From positions 64,001-128,000 of IMG/VR virus record IMGVR_UViG_3300025288_000012: DNA of 64,000 bases; one strand, written 5' to 3'. Of this stretch, positions 56,401 through 64,000 are shown piece after piece. Positions within the stretch are counted from its first letter, which is position 1; each line of letters begins with the position of its first letter. Origin of the DNA: a virus. A program made the translations under genes and the position numbers. The notes beneath the pieces are model-generated. The model saw nothing but the letters and a program-made list of their open reading frames with translations. It was not told where the DNA came from and did no database searches.

Positions 56401-59080
56401 CTTCTTCAACGTACCAACTGGATATTTTCTTAACATCAGTTCGCCAAGTTCTGCCCGTGATAAGATCATGGACCTGGTCAAGAAGGCACAGGGCAGCAAA
56501 AAGACTTATGGAGTGCACAGGCCTACCTGGGAGTTAAACCCTGATGTTACCCGTGAAAGTCTAGCTGAAGATTTCAGGCGTGATCCTGTAGGCGCAATGC
56601 GAGACTTTGGTGCACAACCACCGCTAAGTTCTAGCCCGTTCATTGGAAACCCGCAGACTGTACTTAGCTGCCTGAGTGACAAGAAGAACTTCATCGAAAT
56701 CTCCTACGCTAGGAAGCGTAGCCCTGATGGTTCAATGAAACGCTTCGCCAAGCTTAATCGCGTCAAGGCTTCAGGCATGCCTTCTATCATGGCAATTGAT
56801 GCTGGGTACTGCCTTCCTGGCGATACCCTAGTACCAACCCAACTAGGCCTTAAATCTATAGGTGACTTAGTAGAGTTTCCTCCTAGATGTAAAGTTGGAT
56901 ATTCTATACCTCTAGGTATAAAGGTAGGTACGCAGGGCAACCCCGAAGTTGCATCTCATGTGATTTATTCGGGTATAAAGCCTCTACTGCAAATCTCCAC
57001 TAAGAGCGGCCACTTCCTGAAGCTTACTAGAAAACATCCTGTTCTCGTCCAGCAAGGAATGCAGTTGAATTGGGTTGAGGCTAAAGACTTGAAGATTGGG
57101 GATACACTATGCGTCAACCCAGTTCAGATTACCCGTAAGAAACGTCTTCCCTTAAATTTGAGTGACGCTTTACCTGTTGTTATATTTAGCAACTCCTCTG
57201 GAGTTCCCGGTGTTTACGGTAGAAAACGAGATAATAAATGGACTGTTATGCTGCCTATAGACAAGGTCCAGACACACTTTGGAATCTTCGATTCGTTTGA
57301 AGAGGCCGCAAGTGTGCGAAACAAATTTGTTAAGCAGTATGGTCTTCACAAACATCCATCTTCAACTAAGAAAGTTGTTAAGCCTCGGTTCATGACTCCT
57401 GAGTTAGCTTTCATTATAGGAGCACTTATTAGTGAAGGTCATTTCAATGAGTATCATCTTAGTATGGCTAATACTAACCTTGATTATCTGGATAAGCTAG
57501 ATTCCTGCTTTGAAAAAGTTTTTGGTAGAGTTCCAAAGCGATTTGGAGGAAAGAAGAAACCGGGCAGAGAGTTTACTATAAATGGTCGTGAAACTCGACA
57601 AAATTTTAGATGTTACGCGCTAGCGTTAAGCTCTAAACCTGTGTGTTCGTGGTTGAAAGAGTTGGGTGTTTTATCTTCCGAGCAGTATGGTCAAAAATCG
57701 TCCTATCATAAGAACATTCCAGCCTGCATTCTTCAAGCTGACACAGAGAGTCAGAAGGCTTTCATGGCCGCTTATATAGAAGGTGATGGAAGCATTGCAG
57801 GAAATCGTCAGACTATAAGTGTCTGGTCAAAGAGTTCGGAATTCTTGTATCAGTTCCAACTGCTACTAAACACTCATGGAGTATTATCTAACATAAGAAA
57901 AGGGTGTCTTACTACTGCAACAGCTAATATGGCTAATTCCCTGTACTGGCTAGTAGAAAAGTATCTTACCCACAAACATAAGTCTATCTACTTAAAGGAG
58001 GACCTGCATGTAGGGAATACCTCAGGGGTGCCTTCTTCTTCAATACAAGAGCTGCTTGATAATAGGTTATTGACTCAGCATCGTTCGAGATATGGTGTGG
58101 TTCACTCAGCTTACCTGGACGACAGCGGTGAGGAAGTGACTTTGGATAAACTACTTAGGTTGCCCAAGCTATTCCTATACGATATGTATAAAGTAGGAGA
58201 GTATAAAGAGCTATTAGCTCAGTTAAGACTGATCTCAAGACAAGCTGTAGAGAACCTGGAACACCTTTTGAAACTTAGGTATCAGCTTACGCCTATAGTT
58301 AGCATTTCCAGTGCAGGTAAAGCTAAGGTATATGACCTTTCTGTAAGCCCTTCAAATCCTAGCTTTATCGCAAATGGTTTAGTCGTTCACAACTCCAACA
58401 ACAGTTTCGCGCTTAGCATTGGTCATAAGCGTAACGGGGTACCTCAGATCGACTTGTTAGTTGAAGTTCAGCCCTTACCTGGTATGCCTCTGTCCTATAG
58501 ATATATCTACGATCACTTGATGAAGCCTCTTATAGAGCAGCGCAACGTTCAGGTTGTGGCAGCGGATAGGTGGAATAGCTTGAAACTTCTGTCGGACATT
58601 GAGGAAGACTTTGACATAGTCACAGTACAGCACTCTCTAAGGTATGCAGAAATGCAGTTGTTTAAGGAGTATGTTGAAGATAAGGAGCTTTTATTCCCCT
58701 GCCTTCCTAAAGGTGAGTCCATAGATACAGTACTGGCGTACAACGCAGATGACTATCCTAATTGTTTTGCTCATAATCCAGTTGGTCACTTTATATTGCA
58801 GTTGGTTACTGTGCAAGACACTGGAAGCGCAGTTATAAAGGGTGAACAACTAACTGATGACCTAGCCCGAGCTTCGATGCTGGCAGTTAGTCTGCTTTTG
58901 GACGAAGAGTATAAAATGTTTTGGGAAAAACCCATTGCCGAGACCGCGAACGTCATCGACGTTACGCAAATGGCCATATCTAGGGGAGTTACAGGTGGTG
59001 TATTCGGTGGAACTGGCGGAAACTCAGGTGGCTCTTCTTCAATCGCCATCGGAAGAGTTATCTCTAGATCGGATTCGTAA
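53447..59080 (+). CDS. terL: terminase large subunit with three inteins (mature ~735 aa)
   Basis: AGQRAGKS Walker A, RGR|TRFLGAIDEIG Walker B, AIDAGY|SNNSFA nuclease Asp, DDLARA. Confidence 0.88.
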   Translation: MLTVTGRESPGCFSCTSYLRCKDERKSFLYSCSRFSQNEQSAKQSSKLFADLLKVETEFEPEHYSPAEIYTGGPSKSENFDIYSVIEDVISENALAPPDLKINDREWPEAKNFFEFCINDKFLKVKPYIMQVAIAVITLAEYCPCCSNTDYLFNKIRATDSYGKFRKYVVLLEHGVCPVCRKDRRRLVRKHGLKFYDELAASAGQRAGKSALVAMISAYILHRMLKLQNPNEVYGLMSSNVLHGTFVALTFGQAKENLWDPFYGNILESPWFCLSEGTPVSLPDGSTKPIELVAVGEEVATFEGTGVVSETFANGTKECLTVTLESGQHLTATPEHQVQCLSSCGNYLVWKRVGDLSIDDLVVADGKIVHLSKVSSIHDAGTRKVFDLTVTSTHNYFAGGISVHNCGYNANLLDFSRKRGDELVKLKDNFINYKHRRLLIYPASPDKRILRGRCLPGNSLINTSNGLIRVEEESKLLGSITRKGLSRRVITDHVVQPSRKKVLRALLSNGLELDATPDHRVLVLNDSLNPEWVEQKDLLGKYVFCQLGGDFPKSYHFNHDIALHKPIYVQIAEYISSGNDFTIDELAEYFDVHKNSVLSYHLGPLLKEGVLDRHPVRNHVGHPLPSIYSINKNFILEDWTLLRRTGKFTSYNSNKAKVKIPSSLTTELSRLIGYLISDGDLSFSGNSIAFCTTSRAKAKDFFRLFVSVFGCKPRLVREAGGNRRSGYGPTGEGSLYTIAFSYKSILSFFEFIGLHHVCATTKTLPTCILEAPRECLVECLSAMVSCDGGIVSRSDFVGVYYATKSYELSKMVQLLFMRLGYPCRRYPHLVRLTRDASVKFLQEYTGLNKRSYKNDISLTLATGRKSVLAYKIPYSNSYVDFDTELDPKCARYQDKDLIFARVESLESLGKKVVYDITVDNPDSAFPANGVLVHNTRFLGAIDEIGWMDNDASSKKIKANATETYASLGNSLRTIRSKAERLMRQGFFNVPTGYFLNISSPSSARDKIMDLVKKAQGSKKTYGVHRPTWELNPDVTRESLAEDFRRDPVGAMRDFGAQPPLSSSPFIGNPQTVLSCLSDKKNFIEISYARKRSPDGSMKRFAKLNRVKASGMPSIMAIDAGYCLPGDTLVPTQLGLKSIGDLVEFPPRCKVGYSIPLGIKVGTQGNPEVASHVIYSGIKPLLQISTKSGHFLKLTRKHPVLVQQGMQLNWVEAKDLKIGDTLCVNPVQITRKKRLPLNLSDALPVVIFSNSSGVPGVYGRKRDNKWTVMLPIDKVQTHFGIFDSFEEAASVRNKFVKQYGLHKHPSSTKKVVKPRFMTPELAFIIGALISEGHFNEYHLSMANTNLDYLDKLDSCFEKVFGRVPKRFGGKKKPGREFTINGRETRQNFRCYALALSSKPVCSWLKELGVLSSEQYGQKSSYHKNIPACILQADTESQKAFMAAYIEGDGSIAGNRQTISVWSKSSEFLYQFQLLLNTHGVLSNIRKGCLTTATANMANSLYWLVEKYLTHKHKSIYLKEDLHVGNTSGVPSSSIQELLDNRLLTQHRSRYGVVHSAYLDDSGEEVTLDKLLRLPKLFLYDMYKVGEYKELLAQLRLISRQAVENLEHLLKLRYQLTPIVSISSAGKAKVYDLSVSPSNPSFIANGLVVHNSNNSFALSIGHKRNGVPQIDLLVEVQPLPGMPLSYRYIYDHLMKPLIEQRNVQVVAADRWNSLKLLSDIEEDFDIVTVQHSLRYAEMQLFKEYVEDKELLFPCLPKGESIDTVLAYNADDYPNCFAHNPVGHFILQLVTVQDTGSAVIKGEQLTDDLARASMLAVSLLLDEEYKMFWEKPIAETANVIDVTQMAISRGVTGGVFGGTGGNSGGSSSIAIGRVISRSDS
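54263..54661 (+). mobile_element. TerL intein 1, mini-intein (133 aa)
   Basis: CLSEGTPV, ATPEHQV, VFDLTV..HNYFAGGISVHN, +1 Cys. Confidence 0.93.
54806..56248 (+). mobile_element. TerL intein 2 (481 aa), LAGLIDADG type
   Basis: CLPGNS, ATPDHRV, IGYLISDG, LSAMVSCDG, ends FPANGVLVHN, +1 Thr. Confidence 0.93.
56810..58393 (+). mobile_element. TerL intein 3 (528 aa), LAGLIDADG type with AP2-like insert
   Basis: CLPGDT, LTRKHPV, IGALISEG, MAAYIEGDG, ends FIANGLVVHN, +1 Ser. Confidence 0.93.
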
Positions 59081-59106
59081 TTTTTGTTATCTTCAGGAGA
59101 AACTAA

Positions 59107-59388
59107 ATGCCTACTAAACTTAAGGTATCATTGCAGCAAGTTCGAGGCGAGACCAAGTCCGCTGGGATGTTGGACGAAGCTGCCATTGCTGCTACAAAAG
59201 TGTTCAATCCCTTAGAGGAACTTGCGAAAACTGGGGCATTTAAGTCTGAGTCTGCAGTTCACAACGCTATGGTCGGTGTGTGTCCCAAATGTTCAGCACC
59301 CATGACTCAAGCAAAGATCGCTAACGGCGATGATGTTTTCTGGTGCGCAACTTGCTGTGTAACCTCTCCGAAGCCGAACAATGTTTAG
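59107..59388 (+). CDS. small Zn-ribbon protein
   Basis: CPKC..FWCATCC; CAGGAG RBS. Confidence 0.75.
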   Translation: MPTKLKVSLQQVRGETKSAGMLDEAAIAATKVFNPLEELAKTGAFKSESAVHNAMVGVCPKCSAPMTQAKIANGDDVFWCATCCVTSPKPNNV

Positions 59389-61228
59389 CATAAACCGAAA
59401 GCCTCAAATTCGATCTGCTCCTCAGCCAGGTAAAAAGTCGACACTTGGCTCTACCTCCAGGCAGAAGTCTGAGTCAGGTAGAATGGAGTCGTTGAGCACA
59501 ATGAGCCCCACAGGCATGCAGAACACGACAGTGTCTTCAAACCCACTGTCTGTTGACTTGTCTCCTATGCTTACAGGCTTTGCCCCGCAGAAAGAAAGTC
59601 AGATGTTCTACCAGTTGTATCGTGACATGTACTACAACGATGCAATTTGTGGGTCAACAGTTGACCTAATGTCCTCAATGCCGTTCAGTGAGTACAGCCT
59701 TGGTGGCGTAAAGGATCTTGGGATCCTTAGGGCGTACACTGAGACGCTTGAGAGACTTAGCCTGCGGTCAATGTTCCCCGAGATTTCTGTTGACTACTTG
59801 GTATTGGGTGTGCACTGCTCTTCGCTTCTGTACTCCAAGGAGCGCAAGGTCTTCATCGACACTATGCCCCATGCTGTGGAAAACATGACTGTGCAGACGC
59901 TGCCCTTCTACAGCCAGGACCCTCTCATAACGGTTAAGTTTCCAAGAGAAGTCCAAAACCTGTTCGCTCCGAAGTCCGGTGAATCCAATAGCCGGATAGA
60001 GCGGTTGCGTTCGCTAGTTGGTAATACTGTCATAGAGAAGATAGCCTCAGGTTCGTTGGAGCTCGACCCACTGAGTACGTTGTATCTTCCGCGTAAGTCA
60101 TTCACTAACACCGACTTTGGAACCTCGTATTTCCGTCGAGTGCTGCCTATATACCTTATAGAAAAGAACCTGTACCGTGGTACGCTAATTGAGTCTGCTA
60201 GGCGTCAACGTGGCATTCTCCACCTTACACTGGGTGACGGTGACACGTGGGAACCTACTATCGCCGATATGGAGTACATGACTGAACTGTTCATGAACGC
60301 TGACAGTGACCCTCTAGGTGCGATAATTGCCACCCGTATGGGTGTTGAGGTTGGTGAACTACGTTCAGGTGGTGAGTTCTGGAAAGTTACTGACTTCGCT
60401 GACTCAGTAGTGTCATACAAGCTCAGAGCACTAGGTGTAAGCGAATCCTTCCTTTCTGGTGATGCCTCGTACAACACTGCCGACAATGGCCTATCTGTGT
60501 TCATCGACCAGATACGGTCTTATCGGGAGATGATGACCCGTAAGCTGTTCTATGATAAGCTGTTCCCACTTGTTGCACTTATCAATGGGTACACACTGAA
60601 CTCTAAAGGTAAGATATCAATCAAGGAGAATTTGCTTGATACGTTGTCTCCTGAAGAGGCTTTGTTCACACTGAACGATGGCTCTAGACTTTTGATACCT
60701 CAAGTGTCTTGGGCTAAAAACCTGAAACCTGAAGGTGACTCGCAGTACATGGAAGTTCTAACCACTCTGGCCGACAAGGGTATTCCTGTACCATTGCGTG
60801 TTCTTGCTGCTGCAGGTGGCCTGAACTTGGAAGAACTAATTCGCCAGAAGGAAGATGACCTTCAGAATCGCAAGTTGCTGTCGGAGTATTCAAAGCTCAT
60901 TGCAGATCTTAGCCCAAAGCCTGCTGAAGGAGGGGACGAAGAAATGGAAGCCTCTGCCACTGCATTGGCTTCAGCGCTTGCTTCCGTAGCACCTGGTCGT
61001 AGGACGAAGTCGGCACTGCTAGCTAGCGGAGGAAGAGTCCCACTGTTGTCTAGAGAGTTTGGTGAGACCGGCGAAATCAAGGACAAGTCAAAGACTGGTA
61101 AGTCCAAGTTCGTTCGGGATCAAAAATCTGCCAACGACCGCATCAACCGTAACATCGCAAAAGCTTTGAGAAACGCAAACTCCAATGGTAAATTTGGAGT
61201 ACAGACTGTACAAAGGAAATCACCGTGA
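59381..61228 (+). CDS. probable portal protein
   Basis: Position after terL, 615 aa, ALGVSESFLSGDASYNTA-type segment. Confidence 0.65.
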   Translation: MFSINRKPQIRSAPQPGKKSTLGSTSRQKSESGRMESLSTMSPTGMQNTTVSSNPLSVDLSPMLTGFAPQKESQMFYQLYRDMYYNDAICGSTVDLMSSMPFSEYSLGGVKDLGILRAYTETLERLSLRSMFPEISVDYLVLGVHCSSLLYSKERKVFIDTMPHAVENMTVQTLPFYSQDPLITVKFPREVQNLFAPKSGESNSRIERLRSLVGNTVIEKIASGSLELDPLSTLYLPRKSFTNTDFGTSYFRRVLPIYLIEKNLYRGTLIESARRQRGILHLTLGDGDTWEPTIADMEYMTELFMNADSDPLGAIIATRMGVEVGELRSGGEFWKVTDFADSVVSYKLRALGVSESFLSGDASYNTADNGLSVFIDQIRSYREMMTRKLFYDKLFPLVALINGYTLNSKGKISIKENLLDTLSPEEALFTLNDGSRLLIPQVSWAKNLKPEGDSQYMEVLTTLADKGIPVPLRVLAAAGGLNLEELIRQKEDDLQNRKLLSEYSKLIADLSPKPAEGGDEEMEASATALASALASVAPGRRTKSALLASGGRVPLLSREFGETGEIKDKSKTGKSKFVRDQKSANDRINRNIAKALRNANSNGKFGVQTVQRKSP

Positions 61229-61398
61229 AACTAAAGCTTGTCATTTCAATCTCCGCCGAAGACAAGGCGCGTATGGAAAAAATTGATCCTACCTCTACCG
61301 AGCAAGTTGAAGCACCTTCACTTGAAGTTGTTGCATCTTCAAGAAAAGTCCTTCGTAGGAATAGAGGGTACAAACCAAGCTTCAAGCGTGCCCCATGA
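61225..61398 (+). CDS. hypothetical protein (57 aa, not in ORF track)
   Basis: GTG start overlapping the portal stop, TGA overlapping the next ATG; MKLKLVISISA.. Confidence 0.55.
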   Translation: MKLKLVISISAEDKARMEKIDPTSTEQVEAPSLEVVASSRKVLRRNRGYKPSFKRAP

Positions 61399-62237
61399 TT
61401 ATCCAGGAGAAGGTCCTTCGCATGTACGCGGCTGCACGAGGGATGCGAATCAAGAATGCAGCTAGTTCAATAACGCTGCGTACTGGCGATAAGTTCTTTC
61501 TTGTTAGGTCAGCTACTGCTACTTACGTCTCGCTTGACGAAGAGCTGAAACCAAAGTTCAAGCTGGGTGAGTATGCGCTTCAGAAGCTTGAGACAAATTC
61601 AAAGAAGGTAGCAGTAAGATCAAAGGATCCAAAGCTACCTGATGCAGAAGTAGAGATAACTAAGCTGAAACTTGCTCCCAGGTCTAAAAAGCCTGGGATT
61701 CCCTTATCTGTGCTAAAAGAGCGTATTGACAAGGCTATTACTGCACCACCTTATGAGATAGTTTTAGCTCCTCCGGCTCCTTTCTTTACGCCTCGACAGT
61801 TGAAGAAGTTTTGGTCCACTAACAAGGCGAAGTTGCAAATGGGGTTCCGTAAGTCGTTACTTCGTGTCCTAGAAGGTAGGCCAGACGATAGCGCGAGTAA
61901 GATTGAAGTTAAGTTGACAGAGTCGTCTGTCAACGTACAGGCTACTATCTCACTTCCTGGTGATCGTTATGCCATGCTGCGGTATAATGCTACAGCAAAC
62001 GGTAAGTTCCTAGTTATCTTCGCGTCAGTGTCAGTAGAGTCCATTACGAAGAAGCCAGAGCTGGTCTTTAGAACACCTGCTGTTAAAGCCTTCTTCTCTG
62101 AATACTTAAAGATGAAGCCTAAGCTGACTAAGTCCTTCGGTCTCCCAGACGGTGCCACTACTGGTCCTTTCATGATGACCAGCAACGTACTTACACCCTA
62201 CCCTGCAAGGACACGATACTTCGTGACCCGCGTATGA
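61395..62237 (+). CDS. hypothetical protein
   Basis: 280-aa ORF. Confidence 0.7.
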   Translation: MIIQEKVLRMYAAARGMRIKNAASSITLRTGDKFFLVRSATATYVSLDEELKPKFKLGEYALQKLETNSKKVAVRSKDPKLPDAEVEITKLKLAPRSKKPGIPLSVLKERIDKAITAPPYEIVLAPPAPFFTPRQLKKFWSTNKAKLQMGFRKSLLRVLEGRPDDSASKIEVKLTESSVNVQATISLPGDRYAMLRYNATANGKFLVIFASVSVESITKKPELVFRTPAVKAFFSEYLKMKPKLTKSFGLPDGATTGPFMMTSNVLTPYPARTRYFVTRV

Positions 62238-62389
62238 TCTACTGTCTGTGCGTACCTCAATACGTACCAGCACCCGAGATACGGTATGTGCCAGTTTCGG
62301 GACCAGTTCCATATTTTGTACCAACACCAGTCGAGGAAATTCCCGGTGTTAAGGTTCCCACAATGTACATCGAAAGTCGCTCCATATGA
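62234..62389 (+). CDS. small Pro/Val-rich hypothetical protein (51 aa)
   Basis: ATGA overlaps at both ends. Confidence 0.45.
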   Translation: MIYCLCVPQYVPAPEIRYVPVSGPVPYFVPTPVEEIPGVKVPTMYIESRSI

Positions 62390-64000
62390 AACTCATGATA
62401 GCTTTGGACCAGGTTAGTCAGTCTGCCGCTGTTAAGCTTGACAAACGTGACGTAGCTCGTATCGAGAAGGACCCTGCTGGTCTTGCAGCACAGCTGTATC
62501 TTACTGACCTAGTAGGCATACTCAAGCAGTGCTCTGATCGTTACTACAATGACGGTACTAGCCTGTTGTCAGACAGGGCGTTTGACGCACTAAAGGACGA
62601 GCTGCAGGTAAGAAATCCTGCGCATCCCTTCCTGAATCAAATTGGCGCCCCAGTTGCCAAAGGAAGTCGGAAGGTACCACTACCTTATGCGCTGTTTAGT
62701 CTGGACAAGGTGAAAGCTGATACCGTAGCAAAGTGGACTACCCCTAAGAAGGGTCCTTACGTAGTTTCGGACAAGGAAGACGGGAACTCCTTAGAAATAG
62801 TGTACAAGTCTGGAGGTGTGAGCATCTACACCCGAGGTGATGGAGTTAAAGGGCAGGACGTTACCTTCCTTGCTCCTCATTTGGACATTCCTCAGGCTAT
62901 ACCATCAGGAAAAGTTCTTGCAGTTCGTGCAGAGGCCATAATTCCCAATGCCGCGTTCAAGAAATACTTCACAGGTGCATACCGCAACCCTCGCAATCTT
63001 GTTGCGGGTGCTATGAACAAACGTTCCGTACACGAGTCCCTACCGCACATACACGTCATTGCCTACGAGATCATAGAGCCTCGTATGAAGCCTTCGGCAG
63101 CATTAGCGAAGCTGAAACAATATGGATTCAACGTGGTACCTTACAAGGTGTACAACACACTAAGTGTTGCCATGCTAAGTAAGCTCCTGGCCACTCGCAA
63201 GGCACGTTCTAAGTACGACATTGACGGACTTGTTATTGAACAAGACCAGCTGAACCGTAGGCCTAGTGCAGGCAACAATCCAGGCTACGCAGTCGCGTTC
63301 AAAGAAGCCGATGAAAACCAGATGCACGACACCAAGGTAATTGAAGTGCAGTGGGAAGCCTCAAAGCTTGGAGCACTAAAGCCCGTCCTACGCATCCAAC
63401 CTGTAGAGCTTCCGGGCAACACAATAAACTACGTTACTGGTCACAACGCCTTCTTCATTGAGCATGGATACCGCAGCAAAGACAAGCTGAAGGGAATGCC
63501 CGTTAAACCGATCGGTCCAGGTGCGGTAGTAAAGATCATTCGTAGTGGTGACGTTATACCCCACGTGGTAGAGGTAGTAAAGGGTTGTACCAAGCCTCAG
63601 ATGCCCGACGAGCCATACAAGTATGGTCGCACTGGCATAGACATATACCAGACAGTGACCTCTGATCTAACCAAAGAGAAGCTCATAACTTCGTTCTTCG
63701 TTACAGTAGGTGTGGAGTACATGAAGCTCAACACTGTGCAGAAGCTAGTTCAGAACGGTTTCAATAGCATACCGAAGATCCTTCGTGCTAAAGCAGCCGA
63801 CTTCCTAGTCATACCTGGTTTCAAAGCCACGTTAGCGAACAAGCTTTACGCTGCCATTCAAGCAAAGACACGCGAAGTAGAACTCCACACCTTGATGGAT
63901 GCCTCAGGTGTGTTCGGTGCAGGTCTAGGAGAGAAGCGGCTAAAGCCTCTTATAGAGACCTTCCCCAATATTCTGACCTGGGTTAATCTAAAGCCTTCCT
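62386..64000 (+). CDS. ligA: NAD-dependent DNA ligase (runs off the window)
   Basis: Hand translation: YYNDG.S..SD..FD, SLDK, SDKEDG (KxDG), TRGDG..GQD, RNPRNLVAG, IDGLV, IRSGDVIP. Confidence 0.92.
   Translation, partial: MKLMIALDQVSQSAAVKLDKRDVARIEKDPAGLAAQLYLTDLVGILKQCSDRYYNDGTSLLSDRAFDALKDELQVRNPAHPFLNQIGAPVAKGSRKVPLPYALFSLDKVKADTVAKWTTPKKGPYVVSDKEDGNSLEIVYKSGGVSIYTRGDGVKGQDVTFLAPHLDIPQAIPSGKVLAVRAEAIIPNAAFKKYFTGAYRNPRNLVAGAMNKRSVHESLPHIHVIAYEIIEPRMKPSAALAKLKQYGFNVVPYKVYNTLSVAMLSKLLATRKARSKYDIDGLVIEQDQLNRRPSAGNNPGYAVAFKEADENQMHDTKVIEVQWEASKLGALKPVLRIQPVELPGNTINYVTGHNAFFIEHGYRSKDKLKGMPVKPIGPGAVVKIIRSGDVIPHVVEVVKGCTKPQMPDEPYKYGRTGIDIYQTVTSDLTKEKLITSFFVTVGVEYMKLNTVQKLVQNGFNSIPKILRAKAADFLVIPGFKATLANKLYAAIQAKTREVELHTLMDASGVFGAGLGEKRLKPLIETFPNILTWVNLKPS

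Noticed and set aside
1-64000. tRNA, tmRNA or rRNA genes
   Set aside because: No cloverleaf with a T-loop GTTCRANYC and acceptor stem was recognised by eye. tRNAscan/ARAGORN was not run, so short RNAs could have been missed.

Overview
A 64-kb segment of a jumbo tailed-phage genome. Essentially every credible gene is on the + strand. The host is probably a proteobacterium, inferred from the NrdJa/NrdJb-type reductase, sigma70 promoters and an E. coli-type SSB C-terminal tip. From memory the gene content resembles Erwinia Y3 / Dickeya JA11-like phages; this needs a database check. In order, the window carries: (1) a sugar/base-modification cluster (phosphoribosyltransferase, SAM methyltransferase, GT-B glycosyltransferase, UDP-glucuronate decarboxylase, QueD-like T-fold protein); (2) transcription and recombination genes (SWIM-like Zn-finger protein, sigma70-family factor, gp32-like SSB, RecA, 5'-3' exonuclease, J-domain protein, SbcD); (3) a ~1.1-kb hairpin-rich non-coding region ending in perfect 30-bp tandem repeats; (4) nucleotide metabolism (class II RNR in three genes, dNMP kinase, dUTPase, ThyX, Tmk); (5) DnaX clamp loader and SbcC; (6) a sigma70-promoter block with a GHKL ATPase, histone-like/PC4 proteins and a bipolar basic/acidic protein; (7) type IIA topoisomerase, DnaB, MmcB, large terminase, probable portal and a partial NAD-dependent ligase. 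The most striking feature is 10 inteins in 7 host proteins. Two of them are naturally split: one in NrdJ with a free-standing Vsr-like endonuclease gene between the halves, and one in DnaX with only a 62-bp spacer. One intein sits in a small Zn-finger protein and three are in the terminase. A repeated sigma70 promoter plus conserved-leader module and a candidate phage-sigma promoter motif (ACTGTAAA) are also visible. No tRNA, rRNA or CRISPR array was recognised. All functional calls come from motif recognition by eye, not database searches.
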